A DNA stretch of 15,423 bases from a virus (taxonomy: Duplodnaviria > Heunggongvirae > Uroviricota > Caudoviricetes): positions 1-15,423 of the IMG/VR virus record IMGVR_UViG_2698536618_000026. One strand, given 5' to 3'. Positions 7,167 to 15,077 of the stretch are shown here, one piece after another. Within the stretch, counting starts at the first letter, position 1. Each line of letters opens with the position of its first letter. The notes beneath the pieces are model-generated. The model saw only the letters and a list, made by a program, of their open reading frames with translations. It ran no database searches and had not been told where the DNA came from. Position numbers and translations under genes: made by a program.

Positions 7167-7293
7167 ATCCTGTGGGTTTCTTTACAAGGATAAATCTTTA
7201 CTTGATTTTAGTGTATTCGATCCTTTTGCAACTTGCATGTTAATTTAAACTTGATGTATTCTTGATTTATAAAGTTAATATTGGTGATTTGTT
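7167..7293. promoter_or_regulatory. cI-cro divergent promoter/operator region (PRM/PR-like)
   Basis: 127-bp AT-rich spacer between divergent repressor and cro-like genes. Three CTTGAT motifs (7201, 7250, 7262) and TTGCAA/TTGCAT -35-like hexamers. Exact -10/-35 assignment not resolved by eye. Confidence 0.5.
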
Positions 7294-7566
7294 ATGAAAG
7301 GAAATGATTACGACAAACTTCGTACATTAATTGCGCAAAATGCCATAGCGCGAAATCTTGGTGTGACGCCGCAAGCGGTGAATCAGTGGTTTTCAAAAAA
7401 CACAATTCCTGCTCGTTTTGTTTTACGCGTATGTGAAGTAGTTGCATGGAAGGTCACGCCACATGACTTAAGGCCAGATCTTTATCCTCACCCTGAAGAT
7501 GGAATTCCTGATTCGTTACGCAAAATTTCAAATCCAAGCCTAGCGCACACGGAAGATGGGAAGTGA
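7294..7566 (+). CDS. cro: Cro/YdaS-like HTH regulator
   Basis: 90 aa. LGVTPQAVNQWFSKNTIP HTH and a DLRPDLYP segment resemble YdaS/Cro-type proteins. First gene rightward of the repressor. Confidence 0.65.
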   Translation: MKGNDYDKLRTLIAQNAIARNLGVTPQAVNQWFSKNTIPARFVLRVCEVVAWKVTPHDLRPDLYPHPEDGIPDSLRKISNPSLAHTEDGK

Positions 7567-7636
7567 TGGTGGTGATATGAGCGAAAAAATAACTATTAAA
7601 TACGATGGGACAACCATTTCGATTGCCCCGATCACA

Positions 7637-7930
7637 TTAGCGTTCGCTGAGAAGTTGTTGGTAAGCCTTAAAGGATGCGAACTGCATTCTACCTTCGGCA
7701 TTGATTCCAATGCCTTCGCTTGTACACCAAGCGATGAACTCGGCTGTATCCGCTTCAACTTTAATAACTCGTTGCCCGCCTCTTTCGACACGCTTAATCA
7801 ATTTTTCAGCGTCGTGTTTCCACTCGGTGTAACTGTCGGAGAGCACATCAGCATCAGTAAAAATATTTTTGAGCTCATGATACTGAATCGCATCGCGAAA
7901 CCAGAATAAACCAACGGCCTGAACTTTCAT
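7637..7930 (-). CDS. Hypothetical 97-aa protein encoded opposite to the early-right operon
   Basis: Strong AGGAGG SD 6 nt upstream of the ATG at 7930. Globular-looking composition, whereas the overlapping plus-strand ORF 7556..7909 looks like antisense translation (S/L/F-rich). No family recognised. Confidence 0.55.
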   Translation of the reverse strand: MKVQAVGLFWFRDAIQYHELKNIFTDADVLSDSYTEWKHDAEKLIKRVERGGQRVIKVEADTAEFIAWCTSEGIGINAEGRMQFASFKAYQQLLSER

Positions 7931-8007
7931 GTCGAACCTCCTTTGGTTCTTTTGTTTATAGGGATCAAAAGGATAACTGAAGGAAGGTTCGGCACCAATA
8001 AGTACGA

Positions 8008-8757
8008 ATGTGCGGAATCTTAAAAGAATTTATCCGTAAGGAGATGGCAGTGAACACCGCAATTTTTAACGGCAAAGCATCCATGACCAGCCTTGAAATC
8101 GCAGAGCTGGTGGGTAGTCAGCACTCAGATGTTAAACGTAGTATCGAACGCCTGGTTGCTAAAAACATCATCCGGAAACCGCCAATGGCTGTTTCCGAGA
8201 AAATCAATAACTTAGGTTTTAAAGTTCAATATGAGCATTACCTGTTTGAAGGAGAACAAGGTAAACGCGACAGCATCATTGTCGTCGCTCAGCTCTGCCC
8301 TGAATTCACTGCTCGCCTGGTAGATCGCTGGCGCGAACTGGAAGAACAGATCCGTAAGCCAATGAGCGAAATCGAAATGGTTGCCGCGATGGCTCTTGAA
8401 GCTGTTCGTCAGCAGAAACGGATCACTCAGGTGGAAGAAAAAGTCAGCCACGTTGCCGAAACAGTTGAGCAAATCAAAAAGGGCACCATTCGTGAGGGCT
8501 ATGCCGGATATCGCCAACTGAAAGCGAAAACCGGTTTGTCAGATGATAAATGCCGCAATCTGGTGAACGCTTATCAAATTCCTACAGACACCCATGAGTT
8601 CATGACGCCGGACGGATTGTTGTCACGTCGCGCAATTGTTGCCGTGGAACCGTTTATGGCTGCTTTTTATCGGGTTATGGAGGAAGCAGAACCGCGAGGG
8701 ACTCGCTGGTATCACCCGAAAATGGGGTTATTTCAGGTTATTGGTTGGCAGCGGTGA
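8008..8757 (+). CDS. Rha-family phage regulatory protein
   Basis: N-terminal ...NGKASMTSLEIAELVGSQHSDVKRSIERL matches the Rha signature. The true start may be ATG 8044 or GTG 8050 (AAGGAG at 8038-8043) rather than 8008. Confidence 0.7.
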   Translation: MCGILKEFIRKEMAVNTAIFNGKASMTSLEIAELVGSQHSDVKRSIERLVAKNIIRKPPMAVSEKINNLGFKVQYEHYLFEGEQGKRDSIIVVAQLCPEFTARLVDRWRELEEQIRKPMSEIEMVAAMALEAVRQQKRITQVEEKVSHVAETVEQIKKGTIREGYAGYRQLKAKTGLSDDKCRNLVNAYQIPTDTHEFMTPDGLLSRRAIVAVEPFMAAFYRVMEEAEPRGTRWYHPKMGLFQVIGWQR

Positions 8758-8781
8758 AAAAAAGCCGGGAGTAACCCGGCT
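8757..8781 (-). terminator. Rho-independent terminator oriented leftward, abutting the Rha stop codon
   Basis: Minus-strand hairpin GCCGGG-UUACU-CCCGGC followed by 7 U. On the plus strand the hairpin is followed by UCACUC, with no U-tract. Confidence 0.55.
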
Positions 8782-9165
8782 CACTCAACATCAATAACGG
8801 GGAGCTGTTTCGCATAAAACGGCTCCGAAACATCCAAGAACAGTTCTAAAGATATCAGCAGCTATATGATCATTTCAAGACCAAATATTGATTCTGCAAT
8901 TCCGGGACGTTACACTGTTCAGGCACCTTATAAAGCGGGTGCCGGGGGTCGCAGCCCGGAATTGTCAACGGCGATATATGACGCGCCAGCGTCTTTTTTA
9001 TCGTCCGCGCTCACGCACGCCAGAATTATGGTGGGCTGGGCAGGGGAGCCGAAAGGCTCGCCGGTCTCCGTTGACGCCGGTACTGCGAACCCTGTTCAGT
9101 CTGCCACCAGTGAGTTTCGCAGCTCCGGTGGTGGAAGTTTTCCACAGTCAACGGAGGCTGCCATC

Positions 9166-9528
9166 ATGGCTACAGTCCCAACCCACTCATTCCTCAAAAT
9201 TGAGAGCGTCAACGGCAAGGCCGTTATTTTCTCCCTGCATGTTGCCTGCCACTTTAAGCGCATGCACCAGAACATCGTCGACAAAATCGAGTATCTGAAC
9301 TGCTCACGCGAGTTTTTTACCCGTAATTTCATACCGGGTACTTATCACATCTATGGCGATTCCCTGCGTGGTTATTACATCACCCTTGATGGGCTGATGA
9401 TGCTTCAGCTTGGGTTAAGTCTGCGCACAATGCGGTACTACGAGAGCTGCATTGAAGCATTCCATGAGGCTGAAACCAGTCTGAATCACACTGCTTTCCG
9501 CCGTAATCAATGGGAGGTGCGCCCATGA
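9166..9528 (+). CDS. Small Rha-like domain protein (120 aa)
   Basis: GGAGG SD 8 nt upstream of the ATG at 9166. LKIESVNGKAVIFSLHVACHFKRMHQNIVDKIEYL parallels the N-terminus of the 8008..8757 Rha protein; YYITLDGLMMLQLGL fits the Rha core. The track extends this frame to 8866, but that extension has a low-complexity A/G/S/P-rich composition. Confidence 0.5.
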   Translation: MATVPTHSFLKIESVNGKAVIFSLHVACHFKRMHQNIVDKIEYLNCSREFFTRNFIPGTYHIYGDSLRGYYITLDGLMMLQLGLSLRTMRYYESCIEAFHEAETSLNHTAFRRNQWEVRP

Positions 9529-9749
9529 TTCGTCGCGTTGTGAATTCTCTGTATCACCGATACAACCGTTGCCCCCGAGTGGGGCAGTGGTTTACCACCA
9601 GCAACGGCCTCGTTCTGCGGGTTTGCCTGGTCAATGCAGAAAGTCAGAAGGTTGTCTGCCAGGTGCAGGGGCGTACTTATACCCTGAGTTACCCGCTGGT
9701 GGCGTTTCAGTCCGGAAAAATGTTTAAGCGTCTGGGAGGTGTCGTATGA
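9525..9749 (+). CDS. Small phage protein (74 aa), paralog of the 1806..2048 product
   Basis: GGGAGGTG SD 5 nt before the ATG at 9525. ATGA overlap with the upstream stop and with the downstream start. Shares the pattern GQ-aromatic-aromatic-T...G...V with the left-arm 80-aa protein. Confidence 0.5.
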   Translation: MIRRVVNSLYHRYNRCPRVGQWFTTSNGLVLRVCLVNAESQKVVCQVQGRTYTLSYPLVAFQSGKMFKRLGGVV

Positions 9750-10672
9750 GTAGCAAGATCCTCGGTAATGTCTGGGATGCATGCGCAGCATATGGCGTCA
9801 AAGGTGCAAAACTGATGATTATGGCGCGCCTGGCTGATTATTCGAATGATGACGGGGTGTGCTACCCGGGTGTTGAAACCATATGTCGACAGCTTGGATT
9901 GGGAGAAAGTACAGTCAGAACGGCAATCTCCGAACTGGAGGCTGATGGCTGGCTGACGCGTCAGTCACGCCGCAAAGGTAACCGTAATACGTCCAATCTT
10001 TATCATCTGAATGCTGATCGGCTTGAGCAGCTTGCCAGAACTGAGCGGGATAAGGTTGCAGAACTGAAACAGCAGCGCAGACTTTCAGTATTACGTGACC
10101 CTTCAGATTCTGAACCTTCAAAATCTGAACCGTCAGAATCTGTATGTTCAGGCGTGTTTGACCCTTCAGATTCTGGCAAAAATACGCGTTTGACCCTTCA
10201 GAATCTGACTCCAGATCCACAAGGTTTAAAACATGAACCACCAGTAAATTCAAAACATGAACCGCAAGATATTGGCGCATCCGCTGACGCGTCTGCACCA
10301 GCGCGTTCTGCCAGACAGGAATATTCACCGGAATTTGAACAGGCCTGGCAGGAATATCCCAAACGTGCTGGTGGTAATTCAAAATCCGCCGCTTTTAAAG
10401 CCTGGAAAGCCCGAATCAGGGAAGGTGTGACACCCGAAACCATGCTCGACGGTGTGAAACGCTATGCCGCCTGGGTGCGTGTCTCTGGAAATACCGGTAC
10501 CCAGTTCGTGAAGCAGGCGTCGACGTTCTTTGGTCCCGATCGACACTTTGACGAATCCTGGCAACAGCCTGCCGTTCCCGGAGGTGGGCGGCAAAGACAG
10601 GTCGATGTCCTGTCTGGCCTTGGTGCCATGTCTGACAAATTCGGTAAATCCAGCGACAAATTGACATTCTGA
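9746..10672 (+). CDS. Replication initiation protein (O-like; N-terminal winged-HTH) with intragenic iterons
   Basis: 308 aa with GGGAGG SD. N-terminal wHTH-like region (CYPGVETICRQLGLGESTVRTAISELEADGWL). Its central part is encoded by a DNA iteron array, as in lambda O/ori. Followed directly by loader and helicase genes. Confidence 0.7.
   Translation: MSSKILGNVWDACAAYGVKGAKLMIMARLADYSNDDGVCYPGVETICRQLGLGESTVRTAISELEADGWLTRQSRRKGNRNTSNLYHLNADRLEQLARTERDKVAELKQQRRLSVLRDPSDSEPSKSEPSESVCSGVFDPSDSGKNTRLTLQNLTPDPQGLKHEPPVNSKHEPQDIGASADASAPARSARQEYSPEFEQAWQEYPKRAGGNSKSAAFKAWKARIREGVTPETMLDGVKRYAAWVRVSGNTGTQFVKQASTFFGPDRHFDESWQQPAVPGGGRQRQVDVLSGLGAMSDKFGKSSDKLTF
10096..10207. repeat. Iteron array (putative replication origin) inside the initiator gene
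   Basis: Direct repeats TGACCCTTCAGATTCTG at 10096 and 10159 and TGACCCTTCAGAATCTG at 10191, plus degenerate copies AACCTTCAAAATCTG (10113) and AACCGTCAGAATCTG (10128). Followed by an AT-richer stretch containing AAAACATGAACC twice (10229, 10252). Confidence 0.6.
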
Positions 10673-10682
10673 GGTGACAGCG

Positions 10683-11561
10683 ATGATGACGTTTAACCTG
10701 CGTGAACAACAAACAAGACTACAGACGCGAATGGACGAGTTACGGGCAGAGATTGCATTTGCTCAGAAGGGCGAAAAGCCATGGCCTTATCGTTCCTGCC
10801 TGATGCGTGAAGATCGCGGATATTGCGAAAAACACGGTAAATATCGTACGCATATACTGGTGTGGAGCGATCGTAATGGCGAGGACAGAGAAAAAATTTC
10901 ATGCTGTCCTGACTGCTTGATCGCTGAGGCCAATGATTTGACCATGGAACTGTCGTCCCTCAAGGCGGAAGAGCTGACTGATAACGCCGGAATTACTCTG
11001 CGTTTTCGGGACTGTGAGTTTGATAATTATCTGGAGGTTAATCCTGACGCAGCCAGAAATCTTGCGGCCTGTCGCCGCTATGCGGAGAACTGGCCAGATA
11101 TGCTGGAGAACGGTACCAGTCTTGTTATGACCGGCAGTTGCGGTACCGGGAAAAATCATCTGGCGGTATCAATGGCAAAACACATCATCCGTAACTATCT
11201 GGCCAGTGTGGAGATCACCGACGTGATGCGCCTTACGCGTGCTGTGAAAAACTGCTGGCGGAATGACAGTGAAAAAACAGCGGATGACGTCATTGAGCAT
11301 TATGCGTCACTGGATTTGCTGATTGTCGACGAAGTCGGCGTTCAGTTTGGCAGTGCGGCTGAAATGGCCATTTTGCAGGAAATTATCAATGCCCGGTATG
11401 AGGGTATTTTGCCAACTATCCTGATCAGCAACCTTTCACCGGAAGAATTGTGGGCGTTCATCAGTCCCCGGATTGCCGACAGGATCACCGATGGCGGGCG
11501 CAACTGGTTGTCGTTTAACTGGCCCAGCTACCGTTCTCGTATCGGAGGTGTTGCCGCATGA
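10683..11561 (+). CDS. DnaC-like helicase loader (AAA+ ATPase)
   Basis: Walker A GSCGTGKNHLA and Walker B LLIVDEVGVQ (DnaC-like GVQ). Start ambiguous (GTG 10674, ATG 10683 or 10686; GAGG at 10671-10674). Its stop overlaps the helicase start (ATGA). Confidence 0.8.
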   Translation: MMTFNLREQQTRLQTRMDELRAEIAFAQKGEKPWPYRSCLMREDRGYCEKHGKYRTHILVWSDRNGEDREKISCCPDCLIAEANDLTMELSSLKAEELTDNAGITLRFRDCEFDNYLEVNPDAARNLAACRRYAENWPDMLENGTSLVMTGSCGTGKNHLAVSMAKHIIRNYLASVEITDVMRLTRAVKNCWRNDSEKTADDVIEHYASLDLLIVDEVGVQFGSAAEMAILQEIINARYEGILPTILISNLSPEELWAFISPRIADRITDGGRNWLSFNWPSYRSRIGGVAA

Positions 11562-12958
11562 CCAGCAAGAACACCCCGGCATGGCGTAACGATGACCTGG
11601 AAGGCGCTGTCATCGGTGCGTTTTTTCTGCGTGGGGCCGATCCGGAAGTGATGGATATTCTGGCCACACTTCCGGCGGATGTATTTTTTGTGCGTCAGTA
11701 CCGGGATATTTACGCGGGGATTTGCAGACAGGCTCGCATATCCGGCGTCATTGACCCCGTACTGCTGTGCAATGAGATGCCGGAACTTGCCCCGGTGATT
11801 ACCGACACCGGACGCAAAACCTGGGTGAAGTCTTCACTGGAGCACTATGTCGCAGCGTTGCGGCGCAATGCCGCACTGCGCGATGCAGAAAAAACACTGA
11901 CAGAAGCATTACAGAATTTACGTGATGCGCATACCTGTGAAGCAGCCGAGGATGCCCTGAAGGATGCGCAGAACATGATGGCCTCACTGTCGACCGGAAA
12001 GGGCGTCATTCAGCCGGTTCACATTGATGATGTCCTTCCGGAAGTGGTAGACCGTGTTGAATGCCGCAATCAGGGACTGGAGAAATCCAGGGCGCTGATG
12101 ACCGGTATTGATGAACTGGACGCAAAAACGGGCGGTATGGAGCCCGGAGACCTGGTATTCATTGCGGCTCGTCCTTCGATGGGGAAAACCGAACTTGCGC
12201 TGGATATCATCGACAAGGTGACTGAGCAGGGGCATGGCGTGCTTCTGTTCACTATGGAGATGGCGAACATCCAGATTGGTGAACGTATGGTGTCTGCTGC
12301 CGGAGGAATGCCGGTATCCCGTCTTAAGTCTGTTGCCCGTTTTGAAGATGAAGACTGGGCACGTTTCTCGCAGGGTGTGAGACGAATGACGGGGCGTAAT
12401 ATCTGGATGGTGGACCTGGCAAACCTGACCATTGATGAGATATGTGCAACCACGAAGCACCACCGGATGAAACACCCGGAAACGGCGCTGGTTGTGGTCG
12501 ATTACCTCGGCCTGATTAAAACCCGCAGCACGGGGCGTCACGACCTTGCTGTGGGGGAAATCTCAAAGGGACTTAAAAGCCTGGCAAAATCCGGCGGTTT
12601 TCCGCTGATTGCTCTGAGCCAGCTCTCCCGTGGCGTGGAATCCAGACCCAATAAACGCCCCATGAACTCGGACCTGAAAAACTCCGGGGAAATAGAGGCG
12701 GATGCAGACATCATTCTGATGCTTTACAGGGATGAGGTGTACAACCCGGAGACACTGGCGAGAGGCATAGCAGAAATCAACATCACGAAACAGCGTAATG
12801 GCACGCTGGGTACCATTTACCGGCGTTTTCATAACGGGCATTTTCTGCCTGTGGATCAGGAGAGTGCCCGGGTTCTTTCCACTCCCATGACGCCGGGCAA
12901 TCCGCGCAGATACAGCAATAACCGCATGTCGGGTAGTAAAACGGAGCGTTTATTTTGA
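11558..12958 (+). CDS. Replicative DNA helicase (DnaB family)
   Basis: 466 aa. Walker A ARPSMGKTELALD. DnaB-like C-terminal RecA-fold motifs (LFTMEMANIQIGERM, VVVDYLGLI, ALSQLSRGVESR). GGAGGTG SD 6 nt upstream of the ATG. Confidence 0.85.
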   Translation: MTSKNTPAWRNDDLEGAVIGAFFLRGADPEVMDILATLPADVFFVRQYRDIYAGICRQARISGVIDPVLLCNEMPELAPVITDTGRKTWVKSSLEHYVAALRRNAALRDAEKTLTEALQNLRDAHTCEAAEDALKDAQNMMASLSTGKGVIQPVHIDDVLPEVVDRVECRNQGLEKSRALMTGIDELDAKTGGMEPGDLVFIAARPSMGKTELALDIIDKVTEQGHGVLLFTMEMANIQIGERMVSAAGGMPVSRLKSVARFEDEDWARFSQGVRRMTGRNIWMVDLANLTIDEICATTKHHRMKHPETALVVVDYLGLIKTRSTGRHDLAVGEISKGLKSLAKSGGFPLIALSQLSRGVESRPNKRPMNSDLKNSGEIEADADIILMLYRDEVYNPETLARGIAEINITKQRNGTLGTIYRRFHNGHFLPVDQESARVLSTPMTPGNPRRYSNNRMSGSKTERLF

Positions 12959-13212
12959 ACAACAGAACAACTACTGTTTCACCGGAACAACTTCGTCGGC
13001 AGGCGCAGGAGATGCTTCGTTGTGCTGAACAGATGGAAAAAACGAGCGTGGCAAAAGATACGCTCCGCAAGCAGCTTACTCCGGCGCTTCGTGATCTGCT
13101 GCAGGCAAAACACCGTACACAAAAGGCGGTGGATGAGCTGGTGGATTGCGTGGCGGAACTAGAAGGCCAGGTAAGCCAGTTTGAAACGCTGGTGAAGGAG
13201 TTTACTGCGTGA
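12955..13212 (+). CDS. Hypothetical helical protein (85 aa)
   Basis: TTG start with GGAG 8 nt upstream, overlapping the helicase stop. Charged, coiled-coil-like composition. No family recognised. Confidence 0.4.
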   Translation: MNNRTTTVSPEQLRRQAQEMLRCAEQMEKTSVAKDTLRKQLTPALRDLLQAKHRTQKAVDELVDCVAELEGQVSQFETLVKEFTA

Positions 13213-13258
13213 TGGCTGAATTTTTTTCTCCTGCGTTCATGCAATACCGTTCGCTGAG

Positions 13259-14254
13259 GTGGCCGTGAGAGCACTACTGACCCCTGAAATTGCCCCGCGT
13301 ATGGGGATCGTATTGTTCAGGCCAGGTTCAGAGCTGATGCCCCTGTTTATGCAGGGGCGTGTCCTGCTGGAGCCTGAGCCGGAACGTTATTCATCTTTCG
13401 CCAGTGGTGCCGTTCCGGCGGCATCACAACCGCTGGCGGATGATCCTGCCGTTCGGGCCGTGTTCCGCAATGAGGCGGTGATCCGTCGTGCTGGTGGCGT
13501 GGAATGCCTTGAGAGCTGGTTACTTCGTGAAAAGGGCTGTCAGTGGCCTCATTCCGACTGGCACAGCGAGAACATGACCACAATGCGGCACGCGCCAGGC
13601 GCAATCCGTCTGTGCTGGCACTGTGACAATCTTCTCCGTGACCAGTTCACGGAACGGCTGGAAGCAATGGCAACGGATAACTGTGCCCGCTGGGTGTTGT
13701 CTGTTGTGCGCCGTGATCTTGGTTTTGATGACAGTCACGTTGTGACAATGCCGGAACTGTGCTGGTGGCTGATTCGTAATGACCTGGCGGATGCCTTACC
13801 GGAAAGTGCAGCCCGTAAGGCACTGAGATTACCGAAGCCTGTTGTGCCGTCTGTCACCCGGGAAAGTGATCTTGTGCCTTCGGTTACTGCCACCAGCATC
13901 ATCCAGGATAAGGCGAAAAAGGTGCTGACGCTGAAAGTGGATCCGGAGTCGCCGGAGTCTTTTATGTTACGCCCAAAACGTCGTCGCTGGGTTAATGAAA
14001 AGTACACGCGCTGGGTTAAGACGCAGCCGTGTGCATGTTGTGGTAAGCCAGCCGACGATCCTCATCACCTGATTGGTCATGGTCAGGGTGGAATGGGTAC
14101 AAAAGCGCATGACCTTTTTGTGTTGCCTTTGTGCAGAAAACACCATGACGAACTGCATGCGGATACCGTGGCATTTGAAGAGAAGTATGGTTCCCAACTG
14201 GAGCTGATATTTCGTTTTATCGATCGCGCGCTGGCGATTGGTGTGCTGTCCTGA
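13259..14254 (+). CDS. Phage protein with C-terminal Cys/His zinc-ribbon/HNH-like motif (tentatively DUF968-like)
   Basis: 331 aa. C-terminal CACCGKPADDPHHLIGHGQGGMGTKAHDLFVLPLCRKHHDELH. GTG start (13259 or 13265) next to GAGGTGG. Confidence 0.55.
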   Translation: MAVRALLTPEIAPRMGIVLFRPGSELMPLFMQGRVLLEPEPERYSSFASGAVPAASQPLADDPAVRAVFRNEAVIRRAGGVECLESWLLREKGCQWPHSDWHSENMTTMRHAPGAIRLCWHCDNLLRDQFTERLEAMATDNCARWVLSVVRRDLGFDDSHVVTMPELCWWLIRNDLADALPESAARKALRLPKPVVPSVTRESDLVPSVTATSIIQDKAKKVLTLKVDPESPESFMLRPKRRRWVNEKYTRWVKTQPCACCGKPADDPHHLIGHGQGGMGTKAHDLFVLPLCRKHHDELHADTVAFEEKYGSQLELIFRFIDRALAIGVLS

Positions 14255-14271
14255 TTTTGTGGAGAAAGTTG

Positions 14272-14652
14272 ATGCGTGATATTCAGATGGTTCTTGAACG
14301 CTGGGGGGCATGGGCTGCAAGTGGTAACACCGGGGTGGACTATTCTCCGATCGCTGCCGGATTCAAAGGACTTTTACCATCTGCCACTAAACCACGTCCG
14401 GCCTGCTGCGATGATGACGGACTTATCATTGAAAACTGTCTTGCTCGTCTGAAGCAGAAAAAACCTGAGGAGTATTCGCTTCTCATTGCTCATTATTTGT
14501 TGCGAATATCAAAAAGACAGATAGCCAGGACGAGAAAGAAAAGCGAAAAAGCAATACGAATTGAGATGCAGATAGCCGAAGGGTTTATTGACGGATGTTT
14601 GTCTGTGCTGGGGGTAAGACTGGAGATGGACGGCTGGCTGCTAAAAAAGTAA
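14272..14652 (+). CDS. Q: Late-gene antitermination protein Q (small Q family)
   Basis: MRDIQMVLERWGAWAASGN... N-terminus and overall size match the short Q-antiterminator family of E. coli prophages. GGAG SD 7 nt before the ATG at 14272 (track start TTG 14257). Immediately followed by a terminator, as expected for a Q-pR'-tR' module. Confidence 0.65.
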   Translation: MRDIQMVLERWGAWAASGNTGVDYSPIAAGFKGLLPSATKPRPACCDDDGLIIENCLARLKQKKPEEYSLLIAHYLLRISKRQIARTRKKSEKAIRIEMQIAEGFIDGCLSVLGVRLEMDGWLLKK

Positions 14653-14722
14653 AAAATGATTAGTGCGGTCCGCAAAAAGTATGTCAGTATGTTAAGAGTG
14701 GTTACTTCGCCACACAGCTTAA

Positions 14723-14747
14723 ACCCGCCGCGAGCGGGTTTTTTTAT
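14723..14747 (+). terminator. Rho-independent terminator (tR'-like) downstream of Q
   Basis: Hairpin CCCGC-CGCGA-GCGGG followed by T7 (aaacccgccgcgagcgggttttttt), 70 nt after the Q stop. Confidence 0.65.
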
Positions 14748-14867
14748 GGCTGAAATCGGTCCAGTACAGTAAACGTGCTGGTGGCGGTGAATACCTGTCT
14801 TTCAGCTTGCTGGCTTTTTCGACAAGAGTTATTGGTGTGTCACGTTAACCGAAAAAGGGAAAAAGAC

Positions 14868-15065
14868 ATGCTGAAACAGCAGGATATGACAGAAACCGCC
14901 AGAGTGGTGTTTAATGAATTAAGCGTCACCGAACCGGCGACAGTCGGGGAGATTGCGCAGAATACTTACCTTTCACGCGAACGCTGTCAGTTAATACTGA
15001 CCCAGCTTGTTATGGCGGGTCTGGCAGACTATCAGTTCGGTTGTTACAGACGCCTTCCGCAGTGA
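14868..15065 (+). CDS. Small hypothetical protein (65 aa), possible winged-helix fold
   Basis: ATG at 14868 with AAGGGA SD. Track ORF starts earlier (14775), but that start lies within or just after the terminator. Its stop codon sits inside a terminator hairpin. Confidence 0.4.
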   Translation: MLKQQDMTETARVVFNELSVTEPATVGEIAQNTYLSRERCQLILTQLVMAGLADYQFGCYRRLPQ

Positions 15066-15077
15066 AGGCTTTTTTAT
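15052..15077 (+). terminator. Rho-independent terminator
   Basis: Hairpin GCCTTC-CGCAGT-GAAGGC followed by TTTTTTATTT, overlapping the stop codon of the 14868..15065 gene. Confidence 0.55.

Noticed and set aside
7556-7909. Plus-strand 117-aa ORF overlapping the 97-aa minus-strand gene
   Set aside because: S/L/F-rich antisense-like composition, whereas the minus-strand ORF has a strong AGGAGG SD and a globular-looking sequence. Both cannot be the main coding frame. This is a judgement, not a proof.
8888-9298. Alternative-frame 136-aa ORF in the GC-rich stretch
   Set aside because: Arg/Pro/Ser-rich translation characteristic of an open frame in GC-rich DNA; overlaps the better-supported Rha-like frame.
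10081-10270. CRISPR-like array suspected from the short direct repeats
   Set aside because: Repeats are 15-17 bp, imperfect, irregularly spaced and lie inside a coding sequence; this is the iteron pattern of a replication origin, not a CRISPR repeat-spacer array.
9915-10712. Several minus-strand ORFs overlapping the initiator gene
   Set aside because: Antisense to a well-supported CDS; open frames here are explained by the GC-rich, repeat-containing sequence.
11984-12541. Minus-strand ORFs (185 aa and 127 aa) inside the DnaB-like helicase gene
   Set aside because: Antisense to a gene with clear Walker motifs; arginine- and histidine-rich low-complexity translations.
12783-13274. Minus-strand 163-aa ORF spanning the helicase end and the 85-aa gene
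   Set aside because: Ser/Cys/Arg-rich antisense-type translation; no SD; conflicts with plus-strand genes that have good translation signals.
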